In this document: positions 23,960 to 35,800 of the stretch, piece after piece
How positions within the stretch are numbered: position 1 is the first letter of the stretch
Layout: each line of letters opens with the position of its first letter
NCBI RefSeq assembly: GCF_006345805.1
Contig: NC_043004.1
Span: forward strand, 96,472,001 to 96,536,000
DNA length: 64,000 nt
Reading direction: 5' to 3'
Origin: Octopus sinensis
Lineage: Eukaryota
Notes under the pieces: generated by a model
Databases searched by the model: none
Told to the model about the DNA's origin: nothing
What the model saw: only the letters and a program-made list of their open reading frames with translations
Program-made: the position numbers and the translations under genes

Positions 23960-24190
23960 ACCAACATTCATCATTATCATTTAATGTCTGTTTTTCATGC
24001 TGACATGGGTTGGAGAGTTTATGAGGATCCGATGATCCACAGCACTGCACTGTGCCATAGGCTGCATCATGCTAAGTCAGCTTTGGCATGGTTTTTAATA
24101 GTTAAATGAGCTTCCTAGTCCTAATCACTTTACTGTGTACTGAGGGCTTTTCTCATGTTGCTGGCACTAGTGATGTTGCCAAGCAACTTA
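23960..24190 (-). mobile_element. degenerate RTE-tail repeat
   Basis: catcattatcatttaatgtctgtttttcatgctgacatgggttgg. Confidence 0.6.
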
Positions 24191-24697
24191 TTAAGCAGAA
24201 AAGAACAAGAAAAGGGATAAAGAGAGAAAGAGAAAAGCTCTCTTGATGATGTGGGGGAGTATTTAAGAGGGTGGAGAGTTAATGCCAAGGAGAGTCATAT
24301 AGTGACTAACCATTAGAAAAATAACATATAATTGCCAACCAAGTGTGGTGTCCTATACAGGACGGTGCTACTGATGTTTATATCCCCAGGAAGACATCTC
24401 CTCCAGCTGGATAACGACACCCATTCTGTGTCCAATTAGTATTTGTGAGGGGCGGTCATCGCTCCCATCTCTAGCCTTACGTGATACACACGGACTCGAG
24501 TTTCTGGGTGGTTGCCCGTCCTCAGCATGTGTTAATCAGAAGCTAGTGATGAAAACTTATTCCACTCGCAAAATGCTATCTGCCTTTTCCAGCAACAAAC
24601 TGTCACCGATCTCGAAAAAGGAAAAATAAACTGTATTAAATCTCTAAGCAAGATTCTACTACTGTTTATATCATGCTCAGAGATTTAATATATATTT

Positions 24698-24917
24698 CTT
24701 TACTACCCACAAGAGGCTAAACACAGAGGGGACAAACAAGGTCAGACAAACGGATTAAGTCGATTACATCGACCCCAGTGCATAACTGGTACTTAATTTA
24801 TCGACCCCGAAAGGATGAAAGGCAAAGTCGACCTCGGCGGAATTTGAACTCACAACGTAACGGTAGACGAAATACGGCTACACATTTCGCCCGACGTTTC
24901 TGCCAGCTCGCTGCCTT
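24698..24917 (-). mobile_element. SINE family B, near full length
   Basis: From tatttctttactacccacaag (tail) to tctgccagctcgctgcc (head). Confidence 0.92.
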
Positions 24918-25064
24918 ATAATATAGCTTATTTATATAGATTTAATATAGCTTATTTCTCCTTTTCCATGAAAAAAGTATTCCATATTTTTATGATATTC
25001 CATATTTCAATGAAAGTGGTGGTGGTGGTGGTGGGGGGGGGACCATTCAAATTTAATTTATAGG

Positions 25065-25224
25065 TGTAGGCATGGTTGTGTAGTTAAGAAGCTTGCTTTG
25101 TAACCACATGGTTTTGGGTTCACTCCCAACATGTTGCACTATGGACAAGTGACTTCTATTATAACCTTAGGCTGATCAATGCCTTGTGAGTGAATTTGGT
25201 AGACAGAAACTGTGGGGAAGCCAG

Positions 25225-25266
<42 letters not shown>

Positions 25267-25575
25267 ATGTGTGTGCGTGCTTGTGTGTGTATGTGTGTGT
25301 GCATGCATGTGTGTGTTTCTGTTTGTTTCTCACCCACTACCTCTTGACAACTGGTGTTGCTTTGTTTATGTCCCAGTAACCTAGTGGTTTATCAAAACAA
25401 GCTGATTTAAGAAAGAAGTGCAGGGGTTGACTCATTCAATTAAAAACCCCTTCAAGGTGGGTTACATTACAATGTCATTCTAAAAACAAAATCTCAAAGT
25501 TACAAGATAATTCATATGAATAAAGGTGGTGCTCCAGCATGGCTGCAGTCAAATGACTGAAACAAGTAAGAAAAA
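25065..25575 (+). mobile_element. SINE family A, diverged
   Basis: Head, internal (TG)n and tail present, with an insertion near 25410-25520. Confidence 0.8.
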
Positions 25576-26429
25576 AGAATGCATTTGACAGAGTAACCTA
25601 AATGCTAAAAGAGTAAACTCTAGATTATTCCATAGTGACTTCTCCTCTCAAAAGATGGAAACATATCCCATCTCCATTTTTAGCCCTTTGAATCTATGAG
25701 TAAGCTTTAATGGGTGCGATTTTCTCTGATTATCTCTGGAAGATGCAAAAGTGGACGGCCATATGATTTTGTGTTTATTGGTAGAAACTACATTATTTTA
25801 TATATAATAATATATATAATAAAACATTGTGTACAGTGCTCAGGTGCACTACAACTCATCTAAAGTGTATGTATAATCAAGTGTAGTTTCGGCGGATTTC
25901 GGAATGCATGAGGGCCTTAAAGGATGCAGTGTCAACTGTAAACACAAACCATGTGGCCACTCATTTCATCAAATTCCAGGGGTATAAATGAAACAAAACT
26001 AAAACTGTTTAAGTGTATACATGTGTTCAAAGGTATATACCTAGATTCAATTCTTTATTACTGTTTCCCATTAGTCTAACTTATCCTGATATTGCTGTCA
26101 TAATATTTTTATAGCAATTACAATTTTTTTAAAGAAATGAAGGAAATATTATTCAAGGAAAACAAATCAAGCTACTTTCACATCTTACTTTTCTATAGTT
26201 CCTGATTTTTTTCTTATAAATATTTAAAAGTTATTAAGTGTTTTAAAGTTGTTTCACTATTCCATGTATTATTGGAGTTTTTTTGCTGTAAACGTTTAAA
26301 AGTTATTATTTGAATAATTTTTTTCATTCCTCTTTCATATTTCACCATTCAATGTGTTTTGATCTTTCTTTCAAAGTTAGGAAATGACATATTAGACAAT
26401 ATACTACTGCAAATCTACATGCGTGTGTT

Positions 26430-26478
26430 TGTGTGCATATGCATGGATATATGTATAAATACAAATATGTATATGTGC

Positions 26479-26511
<33 letters not shown>

Positions 26512-26617
26512 CATATACATATATATACAAACATATAAGTATATATACATATATATATGTGTATATATATACACATATATATGGATATATATATGTATAT
26601 ATGTATATATACTTATA

Positions 26618-26670
<53 letters not shown>

Positions 26671-26688
26671 ATACATATATATATATAT

Positions 26689-26727
<39 letters not shown>

Positions 26728-26760
26728 CATATGTATATTTTTATGTAGGTATGTATGTAT
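26430..26760. repeat. (TA)n/(CA)n compound microsatellite
   Basis: Directly visible. Confidence 0.93.
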
Positions 26761-27086
26761 AGAAAGACAAGACAATATATGTTACCTAAAACTAGAAGAA
26801 AGCCGCCTGGAGAGTGCTGTTTCACTTAGTAGCTTAAATGCTAATTAACTCATTCTTTTATTGGTTATCAATCATTTGTCTACTTGAAGATACATTCAGT
26901 AGCAAGAACGATTGCATTAACCTTCTTCGGATAGTGGTTATTCACGAGAAATAAAGCAAAAAATATTGCATATGCAGCTTTCTGTTTTACTCTTCAAAAG
27001 TAGAAAGTTGCATACCAACTCCTCTCAGGCCTACTCTAACAAACTTATCTCTCAAACCTCTTGCTGTATCTTATTAACCATAACAC

Positions 27087-27475
27087 GTGGAGGCGCAATG
27101 GTCCAGTGATTAGGGCAGTGGACTCGCGGTCATAGGATCACGGTTTCGATTCCCAGACCGGGCGTTGTGAGTGTTTATTGAGCGAAAACACCTAAAAGCT
27201 CCATGAGGCTCCGGCAGGGGATGGTGGTGATCCCTGCTGTACTCTTTCACCACAACTTTCTCTCACTCTTACTTCCTGTTTCTGTTGTACCTGTATTTTC
27301 AAGGGGCCGGCCTTGTCACTCTCTGGGTGACGCTGAATATCCCCGAGAACTACGTTAAGGGTGCACGTGTCTGTGGAGTGCTCAGCCACTTACACGTTAA
27401 TTTCACGAGCAGGCTGTTCCGTTGATTCGGATCAACGGGAACCCCCATCGTCGTAACCAACGGAGTGCTTCCATC
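27087..27475 (+). mobile_element. SINE family C, full length (389 bp) with 11-bp TSD
   Basis: TSD AACCATAACAC at 27076-27086 and 27476-27486; A and B boxes in the head; CpG-rich body. Confidence 0.93.
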
Positions 27476-27882
27476 AACCATAACACATTCTAACTACACT
27501 TTTATTAATCTTTTCTCCCCAGATTATCAGAAATGGAATTGTTCAGTCGCACTCTTCTTACAGATTTTGATTTGCTGATAATCACGGTGGAAGTTTTACC
27601 CTATTGATATATTGATCTCAGTAATTTCCGTGGGCCTGCAAGTGTAATTTGACACTGATTATTTTCATACACAGCTTTAGGTCTGGGTATGTGCATGTCT
27701 TTTAGTCATTCATTTTGCAACCAAGTTCAAGCTTGATTCTACTTCATGGGGTCTTGGGTAAATGTCATCTTCTATAACTTTGGGTTACCCTATACTTCCT
27801 GATTGAAAAGAGCAGAGAGAACATGTTCAGAAGCCTGTATACACACATACACATGTGTGTGTGCGTGCGTGCATATATATAT

Positions 27883-27975
<93 letters not shown>

Positions 27976-28040
27976 TAGATGTATATAGATATATATGGTG
28001 GTTGTCAACTCCTTATGCAGAGTCTGGCCACTTCTTGTAC

Positions 28041-28712
28041 CTACACCTTAGAACAATCATGGCATCTGGTGTGGCTTTTTACACCAGACAATGTATTGAA
28101 AAGACACCCACATAGATTGCATATCTGATTTGGACCACCAAGAGCTGCAGTTAAGTTCTGATCTTTATGGGTTTTAAAATGTCTTTTGAGGTCTCCATTA
28201 GAATTGCAGACACAGCATTGAAAGGTGTGCACAGATATAGAGACAGAATAGTTGGTGGAGGTTCGTTTTTCCTGAGTCCTCAAATGAAATTTGAGCCCAG
28301 CAAAAGAAAGGCATGGTCTGTGCACACAAAAAGGTCACTGAGATTCACCTTATTGATTGCAACATTCTTCTTTAAGTCTCTCTTGAATCTTGCATCTGTT
28401 ATCCTGACCTCCTCAAACACTTTCACTCCGCTTTGCACTTTTGTTTGCCATCCAGTTCCATCCAAAGCAAGGTCTTTTATGGCCATTAGATCCACTCCAA
28501 GTGACTTCATGGTAGTCCTTATGTCATCTGTAAACCCCTGCTTAGGTTTACACTGATAGCGTTTCCCTTCTGCAAGCTTGCCATAAAACAGCTGTTTGGG
28601 TGTGCATTCATCCGCCTTTCAAACAATATAGCCAGACCATCTCATTTTGTTTTTCAGAATCATTGATTTACTTGAAGTGATGCCTGCAGACACAAAGACA
28701 TCTGTGTCTGGA
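28041..28712 (-). mobile_element. RTE-BovB-like LINE 3' coding fragment, decayed
   Basis: MILKNKMRWSGYIV*KADECTPKQLFYGKLAEGKRYQCKPKQGFTDDIRTTMKSLGVD..LALDGTGWQTKVQSGVKVFEE, then two CxxC..HxxxH/HxxxH motifs, the RTE-BovB C-terminal layout. Confidence 0.85.
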
Positions 28713-29235
28713 GTAAAAAAAAGCCTCATTTAATGTTTAAAATGCCGTGAAAGTACTTTTGGTGTAATTGTTCTAATAATTTGAAATGTTTTTCATAACA
28801 TGTCCATGTTCCAGAAGAATAGAACAGAAATGGTAAGACAAACGATTTGTAAAAGAGCCAAATTTTGTGTTGTTATTTGTAAAAAATAATGCCCCAATAA
28901 TATATATTTGTCTCATCCATGCTGGCATTGAAAAGCAGATGTAAAATACACGCAAAACTGAAGCATTAATTGCAATAAAATGAAAATTAATGAACAAGCA
29001 ACCTCAGTAGAAACTAGTGAGAATCTTGACTGGCAATGATATCTAAAATAAGCTGAGTTAGGAAAGTTTGCTGTGAGATGTGAAAGCCTGATTATATGCA
29101 AGCTTATTCTTCAAAAATAGTAGATGACAAGGGAGTTGGAAATCTTCCTGTAATCCTAACTGGGCTTACAACACCTTTACCTTCAATGCTCTGATGAGCT
29201 TTAGCCAGAATGTTTTAGCTTTTTACTTCTTATAG

Positions 29236-29495
29236 TAAGTGTGTGGCTTAATGGTTAGGATGTTGGACTCATGATTGGAAGATTGTGGTTTTGATTCCTG
29301 GATCGGTTGATACATTGTGTTCTTGAGCAAAACACTTCATTTCACATCTCTCCAGTTAACTCAGCTGACAAAAATTGAGTAACCCTGTGATGGACTAGTG
29401 TCCCATCCAGGTGAAAATATATACACCTTAAAATTAGGGAACCAGCTCTTATGAGTCAATATGATTTGAGAAGGTAACTTTACTGGCTTTACCTT
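29236..29495 (+). mobile_element. SINE family D
   Basis: tggcttaatggttagg A-box, gattcctgg, ttgagcaaaacacttc core, ccctgtgatggactagtgtcccatccagg motif. Confidence 0.75.
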
Positions 29496-29734
29496 GTAGT
29501 AAGTGTATTTATCTGAGGTAAATATATTTATCTGATTTTACAAGAATTGTCACTTTTGATGAACAGTAACAACTACCTTTATCGGTAACATAGGGTAATA
29601 AGAACATTGAAGGAATTTTTGTATGATTACTTGATCTCATCTTAATGTGTTTGTAGCATTAAAATCTGTTTTGGTAAGCACTATTTTAAAAAGAACTACA
29701 GGCCCCAACATGCTTCAAATCCTGCCCCCTTTAA

Positions 29735-30269
29735 CCCTTTCGATGCCAACCTGGCTGAAACTGCCTCTGGCTCTGTAGCACAAATGTCTTGTTTTCATAG
29801 GTTTTGAATTAAAATCTTCCACCAAACCTTACTCACAATTTATGTTCGTAACACTAGCTTAATGATAACTGAGTTATCTTACTAAATTTTTTGTTATCAT
29901 CATCATCATCATCATCATTTAGCGTCTGTTTTACATGCTAGCATGGGTTGGACGGTTCAACTGGGGTCTGTGAAGCCAGAAGGCTGCATCAGGCCCAGTC
30001 TGATCTGGCAGTGTTTCTACGGCTGGATGCCCTTCCGCGAGTGTAGTGGGTGCTTTTTACGTGCCACTCGCACAGGCGCCAGACGGTGCTGGCAAACGGC
30101 CACGAACGGATGGTGCTTTCACATGCCACCGGCACGGAGGCCAGTCGGGGCGGCACTGGCAACGGACACGAGCGGATGGTGCTTTTACATGCCACCGGCA
30201 CGGAGATTATATTTAAAATTAACTGAAAGAAGCACAGAGCATCTCAAAATAAATTCATTAATGAAAGGG
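29735..30269. mobile_element. piggyBac-type MITE carrying a nested RTE-tail repeat
   Basis: TTAA|CCCTTTC (29731-29741) ... GAAAGGG|TTAA (30263-30273). Confidence 0.85.
29897..30207 (-). mobile_element. RTE-tail repeat with ~60-66-bp internal tandem units
   Basis: (CAT)n tail then catgctagcatggg; ggtgcttttac.tgccac..gcac unit at about 30051, 30112 and 30178. Confidence 0.88.
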
Positions 30270-31044
30270 TTAATCATAGTTGAATAGTGAAGATGGGATG
30301 ACAGTGATAGTCCCAGATTATGGCTTGATCATTTAGAGCAGTTCCATAGTTCAGCAACAGCTGAGTTGAAAAAGCATCTCAGTAACAGTAACAACTGCTT
30401 TTTGTATCATATAAGGATACAGTAAATAAACTGTAATGTTTTATTACAATAAATTTGGTCAATGAATGCAGAATATCTGTTATGGTTGAATATTGTGTGA
30501 ATTTAGTATGTTAATTATAAAATAATGATTGCATGCAATAGTGTTACAAAAACTGTTGCATATCAAAGATATTAGTCAGTGTTTGCTAGAGGGAACATTG
30601 TGCTATTATGGATTTATAATGCATTAAGTTGAAAATTTATTTTAAGAGTAGGCTTCTCTTATCACTTTCAGTTTGGGTTACAGAAAAGCTTTCATTTCCA
30701 TGTTGAGGAAACCTTTGTTGTGTGTAGAGATAATTAAAATTTAATGATAATAGTAATTATCTTTATCATTATTTAATTATAATTCAGCAGAATGTCACAA
30801 ATTTGTAGCACAAGGGTATGGTTGATTTAGATAATAAAGTACTTAGGGATGCTATATCCTTCAAAAACCACAGTCAAAATAGTGTCTATATACAGAACAT
30901 TAAAAAGTTTATTAGATATAATAATGAGGTTAAAAAAAAATAAAACAATGACTGATATTGTAATTGTTCTGGCAAGTAGGGAAGACAACTTCATTCATGT
31001 TTGAATCTTATTAAACCTCCTCAGTGAAGCAGACTTCTCCTTAC

Positions 31045-31101
31045 TTGCTGAAATAGTGCCGACAGAATCACTAGGATGTACACTTTTGTATATGAGTAGA
31101 C
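31045..31101 (-). CDS. candidate 57-nt exon (LLIYKSVHPSDSVGTISA, phase 1-1)
   Basis: gctaatttttaag| acceptor and CAA|GTAAGG donor; open in two frames. Confidence 0.3.
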
Positions 31102-33048
31102 CTTAAAAATTAGCATAATTTATACATGACCTGAGTCAGCACTGATTGAATAAATTCACAATCAAATGCTTGTATACTGATGTCTCCTTTCAGTCTGAAT
31201 TTTAGGAATATGCTTATTTTTGAAGTGTAGTCACCAAAACAAATGTATTCTAAAAAACTGCTGCAGAATGACTGTTATAATATAATGAAATTACTGTGTC
31301 TAGTTCTACAGTTTATCAAAAGTGCATGTACAGTACATAGAATTATGTACAAAAGTCAGGAAAAGGAACAGTGTATGAGTCATGATATACATGTGTGCAT
31401 GTGTACACCAAATTTCTTCGAAAATCTTTGATCTTTTTTTGAAGTTCACTGAAATTCTATGAATACCCCATAAATATGTAAATTTTGCCTTCCTATCCTA
31501 AATTTTGCGTCAAAGACTATTAACTAAGATAATTGGTGAGAGGATTAAAAACTATTAGTAAACCAACTTTAATTTTTGCCTTTTTCAGGTAATTGAATTT
31601 TATACATTTTTCACTTTATTTTAATTAAGTACCAATTTGTTTTTCTATCTTTACAGTCAGAATATTCCTCCCTTCATCTCATGTATCTCCTGCTTTAAGT
31701 TTTGAAGAATATTAAAACTGAATTAATCTTAGAAGGGCTGAATAAACTATTAAAAGTATATTAAAAACTAGTGACTAAAGTAAATGAAAATACGTAAAGG
31801 AAATAGAAAAAATAAAAATACACATGCATGTACATACACACACACACATACACATATATGTGTATGTGTGTGTGTGTGTGTCTGGGTACATGAATGAATG
31901 AATGTATTTCACATTAGTGTAAGAGGAAGAGAAAGGCAAAAGGGGACACAGATTGAAAAGTGGATGAAATATTTAAAGTAAAAAGCTAATAAATTTAATG
32001 AGATGGGTAATAATGTGGGTGAGAAAAATGTCTTGTAAACAAAATAGTGGGTATTAATGTCCAGTTCTGTGGGTACAAAATAGTCACATGAGAATAAGAT
32101 TGTACTTTATATGTTTAAAAAACATTCTATTTTACTTTTTTTTTAATTAGAAAATTAATAAAATGTTAAGAAGAAAAAGAAAATATGTTTGATATAGAAT
32201 TTTAAAATGAAAGGAGAAATAATTTAAATAAATTAAGCTAAATTAAATTAAACTAAATTAAATCAATAAACTAATTAAATTAAGAAGAAATCTGTGCAAA
32301 GTTGATGAGGAAAAAAATTTAAGCAAAAATAGTAAAGGAATTGAAAATATTTGGATATTAAGGGGAAGACAACTCAAGGTTAAATAGGTTTTTGAGGAAG
32401 TTAATAATGTTGAGAATAAGGAAGAAAAAAATATGGATTAACTGGGGAGTTGACTAAAAGAGGGAAAAGGCCTGTGGGAGATAATTGAAAAATCAAGGAA
32501 AAAGCAATATAGGGATTAAAAGTGTGAATAATTGTAACAGGTAGGGTGGAAGCAAAAATGTTAATAACTAATATTATTAGGGCAGCTTAGCCAATAGATT
32601 AGGTTGAATGTGAGAGTATTTGTTGAAAATAGATAGGCAGGGGTAGATTGGAAGCATAAAGGGTTAATGAGGGAAATATGCAACATAAATACTTTGCTCC
32701 AAGCAGGAGCTACAGGTGGTACATAATGATGTTCTGGGATCTTCCGCTTTATGGTGATCAAAGCAATTGCATTGATGAGAATATTTCTCTATCATCAATG
32801 AATATCACAGGGCCATGAGCATGTCATCACTTAGCCCATACAAGAGAAGGGCAGTGAGGGGTGAATTATACTTCTTCAGAAGGATTCCATCTGCAGTCGC
32901 TTATCAGCCATAACCATTTTGAATCAGTCTCAGCTGCTAGGGCTATCACTTTAACAGCTTTCTTTGGTAAAAGTTGCATATAAGAGCAGATGGCCTATGG
33001 AATAAGTTAAACGTGTGGAAACAAATATATATAAATACAAATAAAAAT

Positions 33049-33452
33049 AGGTGCAGGAGTGGCTGTGTGGTAAGTAGCTTGTTTACCAACCACATGGTTC
33101 CGGGTTCAGTCCCACTGCGTGGCACCTTGGGCAAGTGTCTTCTATTATAGCCTCGGGCTGACCAATGCCTTGTGAGTGGATTTGGTAGACGGAAACTGAA
33201 AGAAGCCCGTCATATATATGTACATATTATTATGCGTGTGTGTGTTGTGTGTCTGTGTTTGTCCCTCTAGCATTGCTTGACAACCGATGCTGGTGTGTTT
33301 ATGTCCCCATTACTTAGCGGTTTGGCAAAAGAGACCAATAGAATAAGTACTGGGCTTACAAAAGAATAAGTCCCGGGGTCGAGTTGCTCGATTAAAGGCA
33401 GTGCTCCAGCATGGCCACAGTCAAATGACTGAAACAAGTAAAAGAGTAAAAG
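33049..33452 (+). mobile_element. SINE family A
   Basis: Full match. Confidence 0.93.
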
Positions 33453-34020
33453 AGAGAGAAAAGAGAGAGGTTAAATGGTCAAAAGGTAAAAATGGAAAAA
33501 GACAATCAATGTACCTAGGCATTAATTAAAACATCATACGAGGGTACTGTGAATAAAGATGGATGGATGAGAATATTATGCCAGATTTAAAAACTATGGC
33601 AGTTGAAACACTCCTCTTATAATAAGACAATATACCATAAAGCATTTGCAGCACCAGTGTTGATTCCAACTAAATTGCACATTAAAAATACAATATGTAA
33701 GTGGAACAGTAAAAATATGCAAGACTTTTCTTAAGTTTAAAATGTGACAGTGTTTTTTTTCTTTTGTTATCTACATTCCAACGATGGAGCTTTGTATCTT
33801 TGTTACAAACCAGCTATTTTTGCAGAGGAAGAATTTAAATAATTAAAAACAGAGCATACATATACTTACACACACACAGACATACACTCACATAGATATA
33901 TATGATATAATATGATATAATGTAAAGACACACACTCATACATACGCACATGCATATATACACACTTACAAGTACACACATATATATATATATATAATTG
34001 CTTATAAATGTATGAGTTAC

Positions 34021-34071
34021 TATGAGGAGATATTGGCGATAGTACTGCGGACAGTATGGTGCTTTCTTTAC
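34021..34071 (-). CDS. candidate 51-nt exon (KESTILSAVLSPISPH in phase 1, or VKKAPYCPQYYRQYLLI in phase 0)
   Basis: atatttgcag| acceptor, ATA|GTAACT donor, GC-richer than its flanks. Confidence 0.3.
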
Positions 34072-35089
34072 CTGCAAATATCAAAGTGATTGATTACTAA
34101 ATTACTTTATAAATTACAGTAATATAGATATATTTACACACACATACCTGCATACACACAAACTGAGACACATACACACACACACATGCACACACACACA
34201 CACTCAAACTCATATACGCACGGCATACTTATATACACACATCCAACACACACGTCATACAAAACAATCAATCAAAGAAATTTTTAGTAATTCTTTAGGC
34301 CAATGTTTTCTCAGTTCTTTGTTTTGGAATATTACTATGTTGTTGTTGTTGTTGCTGCTGATTTATGTTTCTGCTGTAACGTCAAGCCTCATTGTCGTTG
34401 TGTTTTCGTTTCAATATATTTTGTTGTTGTTTTGGCCCAAGTCAAAACTTTTCTTTCGAGGTTGATTGTTTAAACATAAACCACTGTAAAACTTGTAAGA
34501 GTTGATGAAGAACGAAACCAAAAACAGTAAATATTCGCAATGCTTTTGTTAGTAACGCTATGTTAAATACAACTCTAGAAGCCTATCATAAATAAATAAG
34601 TTTTGTAATGTTTTCCATTTATTATATGTACTAACTTTTACAAGGGAAACATCGACAGTAACTTCAAAGTTTCGGTTTACTCAACGTCATCAGAGCGGGT
34701 TTTACTTGGGTTCCTTTTGACTTGTTGTTTTCTTTTGGGTGGGAGGTAGGAAGGGTGATGGAGCTGTATAAATGATAATTATGTATTATATAGGACACTG
34801 GTGTGGTAGTTGTGTAGGAAGAGGAATAGAGGAATATAGGAGAAAAAGATGTGTTTTTAAGGGGTTGGTTGATTGAAAGTTATGGTGAGGAGATTCATTT
34901 TGGCTTCCTGTAAGGATTTTGTTATTGCGTAGGGTTCAGTTAGTTTTGGACTATGAAGAATAGGAGAGGTTTTGGGAATGAGCCTTGATGGACTTCAACT
35001 ATCACATTAAATTTCTTATTGAAATCATTGTTGACTATCATTTTACTTACTGTATCTTTGTACATAAATTGTACAACCCTTGCAAGCAA

Positions 35090-35270
35090 TATACCTACAC
35101 TTCATTTCTTTAGTGGTAACCAAATTAGTATATGCCTTTTCTAAGTCAACAAATGTCAGAAATAGTGGTTTGCTCTTAGCCAAGTACTTCTGCAGTTTCC
35201 TAACAAGGAATATTACATCAGTTGTACATCTAAGGATGATGCCAAACTACATCCAACATATAAACCACAC
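35090..35270 (-). mobile_element. RTE-clade reverse transcriptase fragment
   Basis: FGIILRCTTDVIFLVRKLQKYLAKSKPLFLTFVDLEKAY, matching the QFGF..GR.TTDAIF..RQLQEK....FVDLEKAFD motif. Confidence 0.85.
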
Positions 35271-35399
35271 CAAGAAAATTGATAAATTGTTGTTTTGAAC
35301 AAAGTACCTTTATATTTTGAATTATACAGATAACCTCTCACACACATAAATGTAATGAATTCAGTATTTGATGATGCCATTGTCTAGAAAATGTAGTAT

Positions 35400-35800
35400 A
35401 CTCTTTTACTCTCTTTTACTCTTTTACTTGTTTCAGTCATTTGACTGCGGCCATGCTGGAGCACCGCCTTTAGTCGAGCAAATCGACCCCGGGACTTATT
35501 CTTTGTAAGCCCAGTACTTATTCTATCGGTCTCTTTTTGCCGAACCGCTAAGTGACGGGGACGTAAACACACCAGCATCGGTTGTGAAGCAATGCTAGGG
35601 GGACAAACACACACACATACACATACATACATATATATATATATATACGACAGGCTTCTTTCAGTTTCCGTCTACCAAATCCACTCACAAGGCATTGGTC
35701 GGCCCGGGGCTATAGCAGAAGACACTTGCCCAAGATGCCACGCAGTGGGACTGAACCCGGAACCATGTGGTTGGTTAGCAAGCTACTTACCACACAGCCA
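35400..35800 (-). mobile_element. SINE family A, young copy
   Basis: (CTCTTTTA)n tail to ccacacagcc head; CpGs retained. Confidence 0.94.

Noticed and set aside
24482-24611. Minus-strand exon-like segment with a GTAAGG donor (MLRTGNHPETRVRVYH)
   Set aside because: All frames from the acceptor hit stops, and the donor lies in GC-rich sequence that looks like a repeat fragment.
27087-27165. tRNA gene (also other SINE heads)
   Set aside because: A and B boxes are present, but no acceptor stem closes and the sequence continues into a multi-copy SINE body.
28041-28325. C2H2 zinc-finger gene fragment
   Set aside because: The fingers are contiguous with an RTE-BovB-like C-terminus that carries stops and frameshifts.
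32770-32805. Small hairpin cattgat-gagaa..ttctc..atcaatg
   Set aside because: Short, bulged and A/T-rich, so expected by chance.
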